Shown here piece after piece: positions 56,705-64,000 of a DNA stretch of 64,000 nucleotides. The stretch is from Oculina patagonica (Eukaryota), in NCBI RefSeq assembly GCF_052425735.1, contig NC_135765.1:31930001-31994000 (forward strand), given 5' to 3'. The notes beneath the pieces are model-generated. The model ran no database searches. It was not told where the DNA came from and saw only the letters and a program-made list of their open reading frames with translations. Position 1 is the stretch's first letter, and each line of letters begins with the position of its first letter. A program made the translations under genes and the position numbers.

Positions 56705-58324
56705 ATCTATAATAACATGTGCCACGCACTTCAGTTCAATTTCTGTGCCAAACCGCAACAGGTATTACAAGTTATTGTGGAGAATAGAATAAAAAACAAA
56801 ATAAAACGCGAATTGAGTTAGTAAGATAAACAAGCATAATCACACTTTTATAAAGTTTTAAGTTGCAAAAATTGAAAATTTAAATTAGTTGTAAAGGTGT
56901 AAGGCAGAAAACGCTCAAATGAAGAGTTAACTTCTAAGTAATATTTTCCTCAGAGGAAATATGCGTTTTGTCTACCGCCTGCAATAACCTGCACGATGTT
57001 GAGATAACCAGTTATCTATTATTTACTAAATAACACCTCAAGTGCATGTCTAATTAACAAATGAAACACTTTTTTTCATGAACTGAATGTCACGGCAATT
57101 CTCTCGTTATCTGTAATTTATTGCAGGAGGAGCAGATTTTTCCTTACCCAGGCCATCAGAGGGAATAAATTATGTCGGTTTGGAAGCAAAGGGCGAAGGA
57201 AAACTTGATGTGAGTTAGTTGAACTTCAAAGGACATCATTTAGCAGTCTTTAAAAATGGCAAAGGTAAGTTTTGGAAACATGCTACATGAAATTGCAACC
57301 GGAACAAAATAAGTAAGTGAAATGTGGCCAAAACTCCCACAAATCTTAAAGATTATGGGTTAGGGAAGAAAGCATATGGCTGACGACTTGAGACTAATGC
57401 ATTGAAAGTGTTTTCGTAGTCGTTTGTATAAGACATTGATTTCGCAATACCGTATACATGGATGCTTTCCAAGTCTTCCAATTTGTCTGGGGATCAATAT
57501 TTTAGAATCTTTTCAAAGAAATAATAGGGAAACAAATTAAATTAGGTGTAGGTCGATGAGAGCTTCGTCTCTCTTTACAAAAAAGTGAGGCTTCTAATTC
57601 GAAAAGAGTTATGTATCTAGAGTCATTCTAGATACAAAAAGGATTATAATTAGATTTTGAAGGAAATGTTATGCTGTATCTGCGGGCAAGTGAAAGAAAC
57701 CATTATATTTATCAAATTGGAATCCATAAGGTATATTTTATGCTCCTTTAAGCAACGTTTTAGATTTACGGCTCTGTCAGTACACTTGTCTGCAATGTTT
57801 CGTAGCTTTTGCCTGGCAATTTTGTTGCGCCGTTGTGAGAGAACTTGCACGCAGTGACGCAGTATGTTCACACCGCCGAGGTAACGCTTTAAAATTTCGT
57901 TGCAGCGTCACCGCAAAATATCGTTACGAAAAAGGGAACTTGAATCTTTTTCGTGTAGCACTTGGCTCCCCTCGTGTAACATGTGTCGCAACAAAATCTG
58001 ATTGCCAGGCACGTTGCGTGAAAAATTGATAGCACCACACCATTAAAAAAGTGACGTGTTGAAATACGATGTAAATACTAAAACTTTAGACATTTTTGGG
58101 CTTCTTGCACTGAGAGGACTTGGTAGCACCCCAGAAACAACTTAATTAGAAAACCATAACATGCCTACCAGACCAGGGTCGGGTTGTTCAAAGCAGGATT
58201 AAGCTAATCCAGGATTTCAGTTTTTTAACTTTTCACTGAGGTTTTCTGTTTTTATTTTCTGTCCTCTAGTTTTGACGTCGACTTATCTCAAACTCCACAA
58301 AACATAAGCAATATAAAACAGTTT

Positions 58325-58515
58325 TACATTCAGCTCCCTCTTAACGGACACCTCTATAAGACGGGCACCTCCATAAGACGGGCACCTGCAGGTGACGGTT
58401 CCTGCCGTTTTTCAGCCATTTCACTGTAACTAAACTCCCTATAAGACGGACACCTCTCTAAGACAGACAGTTGGAGCCGGTCCCGAAGGTGTCCGTTTTA
58501 GAGAGAGTTGACTGT
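58325..58515. mobile_element. Tc1/mariner-type MITE with TAAGACGGACACC repeats, nested in a Harbinger-type MITE remnant starting ~58176
   Basis: CTCCCTCTTAACGGACACC ... GGTGTCCGTTTTAGAGAGAGTTGACTG|TA. Confidence 0.55.
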
Positions 58516-58637
58516 ATACAAAAGAAATTGAACCCTCGGACAACTAGACAAGACTGAGGTGACTCTAGGACCATGAGTAATAGAACTGGTTTTCTTTGTT
58601 GTTAAAACAGGTTCCACGGCATCCCAGCTGATCATTG

Positions 58638-61600
58638 ATGGAGGTGTTAGCGGGTTTAAAGTGTGGAGCAAGCAATGTGATCTTACTTTTGGTCTTTCCA
58701 TTCCTGTGGAAAACAGAAGCAGCGACAATATCAACGTTAGTAACACATTCTTTAATTAATGGTGAAAAATCTTCATCGTCATTACGTGCAGGCTACACAG
58801 CAAAATAGTCAGGGTTACATTACTTCCTCCCATCTCCTACTTACGCACTTCTAAAGCAATTTAATTCATACTTGGTTTAATGTTTTGATACTTGTAAATG
58901 ATTTATTGACAGTTGTCATACATTAGCTTTCCAACTTGTTGTTCCTATAGAACGAACACCAATGCATTTTTCAACCACAAAATTCGAATCTTAAGCCGAT
59001 TTCGAAATATTGAGCGCTTTCCTCTAGTACGGAGATACCAGTTGCTCTGGTGAAAAATCAAATGGAACGGTCCTACCCACTGGAAAATTTTCGGAAAATG
59101 GAATACCTTCAGAGGTTTTTACCGGAATGCTCGGAATATTACTGTGCCATTTTGGTTTGCACGATCACCATGCTCCTCGATGAAATACGCGGCTGTTCCT
59201 GGGGAAATGAAATGGAGCGGACCTTTCCACTGCGAAGTTTTCAAATGGTACACAGTCGTACTGTGCCATTATTTTGTTGAAAAATAGTACTGTTCCATTT
59301 GCCAGAAAAATCTCACCGATTTTTCACACAAATTAAAAACGCTCATGGATTTTTCTATTTGACTGATATTTATATTTCTTGAGCGCTTACATTTATTTTT
59401 TCTTTTTGTCCCTTGTCAGGAACCCAGAGTATTGCTTTCATGCTGATCGCGAAGGTTCCTCTCACTTACAGCCTTTTAAAAATGAATCATGGCAGACAAC
59501 CTCGCTTGGAGAGCTTCTTCAGCAGATGCTACAGTGCTATGACTCACGAGTTCGAGTCGAACACGGCGGAAGTAAGTAACAATAAGCTAATACAGTACAG
59601 CCCCAAATTCTTTAACATAGTACCCCCTTCCCCCTTCCTAAGCTAAGGTGATAGGTATGTAAAGTCTTCAGGCCCACTAATACCGTCGCCAAGCTTCAGT
59701 TCTGTAGCATGAGGCGGCTAATTGTTAATTTCCTTAGGGAGAAGGAGACCCCCCCCCCCCACAAGTCACCTCCCGCTATCCAACAACAATTACAGATACC
59801 CACCGCTGGTGGAAGGAGAGCAGGGGTACTCACAACTAAACTACCCACCCCTTGGTTGGAGAGAAACCCTTCAAAGTAAAGTATCTTGGCAAAGAAATAT
59901 ATTATTGTACAGTAGTATTTTTAGGGAAACAAAACAGAGCTAACTCTTTTACACAAGGGCTCAAACCCAAGATGGTAATCCATGAGACGCGGTTTTTGAA
60001 CAGCGTGATTATATACCATCAGGATATCAACAGTTGTAATATATTTTCCTGTTATAGGAGGTGATCCCACGACGGTGACCGTTAGTTTGTATATTTTGTC
60101 CATCGGGAATTTCCAAGTTCGAGACATGGTAAGAGAACTGAGCCCTGCATATAATAATCAAACGCATCGCCTCAATAGAATGCTAGAGTACTCTAAATAC
60201 CTCTGGAAACAAATTAAACTTGCTTTAGTGCACTAATTTTTGAGCTGAATATTTCCTTTCATAATACAAACGGAGTTTAACTTAATTTCATTTGAGTTCG
60301 CAGATATGTCATTGTAATTTTTATGCTGCGTTCCTGAATGCTTTACCTATCTATGGCTTGTTCTAGTAGTGATTGTATTTAGTTTGGAAACGTTGCTCAC
60401 GTCTTACCGGAATTGATCGATTAGAGCGATTTTCTATTGAGTGTCACAAAACCAAAACCAAAGTAATCACTAGCTTTGGCCAATGAGAAAGGACACAGAC
60501 AATCCAAAATTATCCAATAAACAAATAAAAACTCGAAGCAAATACATGTAGCCGGCACGAAGCGCGGGAAAACGTGCGCGAGCGAGTCACGATTAGTTTT
60601 GGTTTTACTTCTGATTGGTTGAGAAAGTTGCCCGAACTTTTTAAACCAATCCCTTAGCAAAACCAAAGCTAACGCGAATTACTGACATTCTACATTCAAG
60701 TGAAAGTCGCTCTGAAAAGAATACTAACACAAAGTGATTACCAGGTTTTGATTGAATTCTTACTCCTATCATTTTAGGATTTTCAGTTGTCCTTTTACTT
60801 CAGACAACAATGGCAAGATTCCCGGTTAGCGTATAAGAACCATTTTCATGAAAGCAAAATCACTTTGGGCGGAGCAATCCTGGAACAGTTATGGCTTCCT
60901 CAGACGTATTTTGTCAACAAGAAAGGCTCTAGCAGCAGTGTGGACGCAAATTTTTTCGTGCGAATTTTTCCCGATGGAAACCTCCTTGTAATTACCAAGT
61001 AAGTTTACGACAGATTTTGAACTTCCGTGTAATGAAGCTTGACTGAAATTTTTGTTTAAGCGTATACAGGGTACCATTACATAGGAGATTTCGTCCTGTC
61101 CCTATCTGTTTTAGGCGTGCATATGAAGTTGTTCTGATTGGCCAGCCAGAGATGATTTACAAAAAACAAATCCAAAATAAGAGGCATAAACAGATTTTTT
61201 GTGCTTAAAACTAAATCGAAAAGGACTATCGCGGAGAACTGGGGCAAGTTCTCTTGTGTTATGGTCTCTTGAGAGGAAATGTTACCTTGAAGACAATTTG
61301 CAAAGAAAAAATCCGTTCTTAGCAAAATTGTAGAGTTGCAAAACTCCCCCCATTCGGCTTCTAACTTCCCGACGACTTTCCAAAGATTGCCGTCAGTGTC
61401 CCGTTCGGAATATAAAATAATTGAAATTTGGGAGGATTTGTTTTCGACTACATCAGAAAATAATCTAAATTGTTGTCATTTTGATCTTCTTTAGAAACAC
61501 ACTTACCATGGATTGCTACATGGATTTAAGGAACTTTCCATTTGATGTCCAGAAGTGTAACTTGACAATAGAGAGCTGTAAGTTTAAGAATCAATAACTT

Positions 61601-63658
61601 TCTTTCGATTTCAGTCTGTTTCAATCCAATGGCTAAGAGAAGTCAAGCAATTCTTTAGTGCAAGGCGCTTCAGTAAATCCGAGTTCTATAAAATGGAGAG
61701 ACCAGAAGCATTGCTACTCCCCCCAGAGGGGGGGGGCTTCTTCATCACAGGTGACCCCCCCCCCCCCTGGTATTTTGTCAGGTCGTCGTAACAGTTTTTT
61801 GCTACCCATTTATAGAGAGGCCCTGTGAGAAAGTGTCTTGCCCAAGAACACAACACAATGACCCCGGCCGTGACTCATCATCATCATCATATATATTTTA
61901 ACTCGGACCACTTGATCCGGATTGTCCAGTACACTAACCATTAGGCCACTGCGCCTCCTCCTCCTCCTCCTCCTCATCATCATCATCATCATCATTTCCG
62001 CGCCTCTTACCACTCAGCTTAGCTTATTATACATTGGGAGGCAGCGTGGTGGGGTGTGGTCCTTTATTTTGTTTTTATCTTTTAAGTTGGCTTCACCACC
62101 AAAGATGTAGTCTACAAGTGGATTTCATCGGACAGTACTCAAGCGGTGGAAAAGGATCCAAGTCTCACCACATCAGAGTTTGACATCGGTCCTATAAGAA
62201 TATTTGAATCTGCTACAATGTATAAAACGGGTAAGTAAAAACAGCTTATGGCTAATTTTTTTAATATCTTTTATTAGGAAGCCTTCATTCACTATACAGT
62301 GGCAGAAGGTCTAACTAAGATAAAAATACTTAATAAGAATATACAATAAAACGAAAAATATCTAAAAATTAAAAACTATTCTACAAAAAAACAAACTATT
62401 TCTACAAAAGAAAGAATTAACTAAAAAACCTACTTAGAACGCTACGCTTAAAATTTACAAAATTAAGCTGCGATTTTCACTCCCAAAATGATAAGCAATA
62501 AATCGTATACTCATTGCATTATGCTGGTGTGACTGTTTTCGAAGTACTTGTGAATCCTGGCGTTTTGTCTGATTGGATAATAAAACTCAGAAACTCTTCG
62601 AGCGCGTTAACGAAGAGGAATTGGCGGCCAGGCATACATCACAGAACCAGAATCAAAAGATTTAGTAAAATGAGGCTGCTCAAATATTTACATTCGCTTT
62701 AACATTTGTTTGTTTGTTTAGGGATGTTTTCTGGCTTAAAAATGGAACTGAACTTCAAAAGAAGATCTGTTTATTACTTGATACAGATCTATATTCCAAG
62801 TGGCATGATAGTAGTTCTCTCGTGGGTGAGTTTTATCCTTAATATGATCCAATCTCAAATAAATAAAAGCAATCATCACAATAAAATAAAGCATAGACAT
62901 TCACATAATTTAGTCGTTAAAGCATTAAAGAGATTTCGCATGTTAAGTTATCATTTGGAATATTCTCTGGCGTTTCTTCGTATGAAAACAGTGTAAGTTA
63001 TATTAAATCTTTGGAGTGTATTATGCCTACAAGTTGATGTGTATACATGTTTGTATCAATAAAAATCTAGCTGTTGCTTAACCTCTCCCAAAGGATTCGC
63101 TCAGCTTCGTGCATTTGAGTAGATCTATAACGATTGTTACTTTTAAAATTTTTTTAATGTCTCCAATTCGATTAGCTTTACAGCTTAACACTCGGACACG
63201 TAATAAAGTTCATACATTCGTGCCAAAAACTGCAAAAATAATCTTTCCTGTACAGACTGTTCCACAAATGCAAAACATATGTCTGCTGATTATCTCTGAA
63301 TAGTGGACTCCTTATTCAAGGAGAATTGCATGTAGTATTCCTGACGATGTTTTTACTTAATTTTCTATTTCGTCACACATTTCCACAGATATCTTTCTGG
63401 ATCGATAATCAGTCGATTCCCGCCCGAACAGCGCTTGGTATTACCACAGTGCTCGCCATGACAACGCTGTTATTTGGTGTCCAGTCCTCTCTCCCTAGTG
63501 TGCCGTATATCAAGGCCGTGGATTTATTCATGATTGTATCGTTTGCTAACGTCTTCGCTGCACTGGTGGAGTTTGCGGTTGTGAACTATACAAGCATGCG
63601 CGAAAAGGAGAGGAAGCAAGTGAAAGACTCAAAACCATCCAAAAAGAAATACACTGTA
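58638..63658 (+). CDS. Cys-loop ligand-gated anion channel subunit (GABA-A/glycine receptor-like); 3' end (M4) beyond the window
   Basis: Phase-consistent exons 58638-58735 (signal peptide), 59420-59571, 60058-60128, 60778-60998, 61495-61577 (Cys-loop [15 protein letters not shown]), 62087-62230, 62722-62825 (M1 [18 protein letters not shown]) and 63389-63658 (M2 [17 protein letters not shown]3 [28 protein letters not shown]). Confidence 0.9.
60422..60713 (+). mobile_element. CCAAT-rich MITE family, copy 7
   Basis: TAGAGCGATTTTCTATTGAGTGTC ... CAAGTGAAAGTCGCTCT. Confidence 0.75.
61700..61995 (-). mobile_element. SINE copy with embedded and adjacent (CAT)n and (CCT)n microsatellites
   Basis: Family core GTGTCTTGCCCAAGAACACAACACAATGACCCCGGCC...CACTAACCATTAGGCCACTGCGCCTCC. 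Confidence 0.6.
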
Positions 63659-63799
63659 GTAAGTAAATCTCATATTCACAGACACTAAATTCATGAAGAA
63701 TTGATGGCTTTGAAAATTTTATACGGGTATTGTTAAAACGCTTACTGACACAAGTCTTCGTTTTGCAGCTTCGAGTTTGATGTTTCCCCCTGTTTGTTA

Positions 63800-63975
63800 C
63801 AACTTGCATGTTTTGTCACGTTTAGCACTGGTTGCATGTTTTCCCGCGTTTATCGCAGGTTGCATGCTTCTCGCGTTTATCGCCTTTTGTTTCCCGCGCT
63901 TGTCACTGGTTGAGTGTGTTGCCGCGTTTGCCATCCATTGCAGGTTTTGCCGCGTTTACCACTTGTTACATTTTT
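63800..63975. repeat. Degenerate minisatellite (units like GGTTGCATGTTTTCCCGCGTTT)
   Basis: About six imperfect CCGCG(T/C)TT-containing units. Confidence 0.6.
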
Positions 63976-64000
63976 TGCTTTTAATTTGATTGGCTATTTC

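Noticed and set aside
49800-58600. Hidden coding gene between the GPCR and the channel
   Set aside because: I could not assemble a coherent exon chain. Possible 5'UTR exons (for example ~57126-57264) are unsupported without transcripts.

Overview
Eukaryotic, AT-rich, intron-rich animal DNA. The repeat families and gene style suggest a stony coral (Scleractinia), but this is inference. I reconstructed genes by hand from GT-AG sites. In order they are: (1) the first coding exon of a UBXN7-like gene (-), head-to-head with (2) a ~36-exon DZIP1/iguana ciliary gene (+, 2033-24740); (3) DNAJC3/P58IPK (-, 35114-26287), with a perfect ERSE in its promoter; (4) three intronless type-II-membrane carboxylesterases with intact catalytic triads, two of them a divergent pair; (5) an intronless class A GPCR lacking C3.25, P5.50 and D3.32; (6) a Cys-loop anion-channel subunit (GABA-A/glycine-like) that runs off the right end. 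Introns and intergenic DNA are full of MITEs, SINE-like elements and hairpin elements, several of them nested. The leads most worth following are: a 417-nt phase-1/phase-1 exon that inserts a three-repeat globular domain into DZIP1; the neurotactin-like but apparently active esterase trio, one member of which looks mosaic; the esterase-GPCR-channel neighbourhood as a possible signalling module (speculative); and a Cys-loop subunit with a WxPD->WLPQ change. There is no CRISPR, rRNA or autonomous transposon. Most short ORFs in the supplied track are noise.
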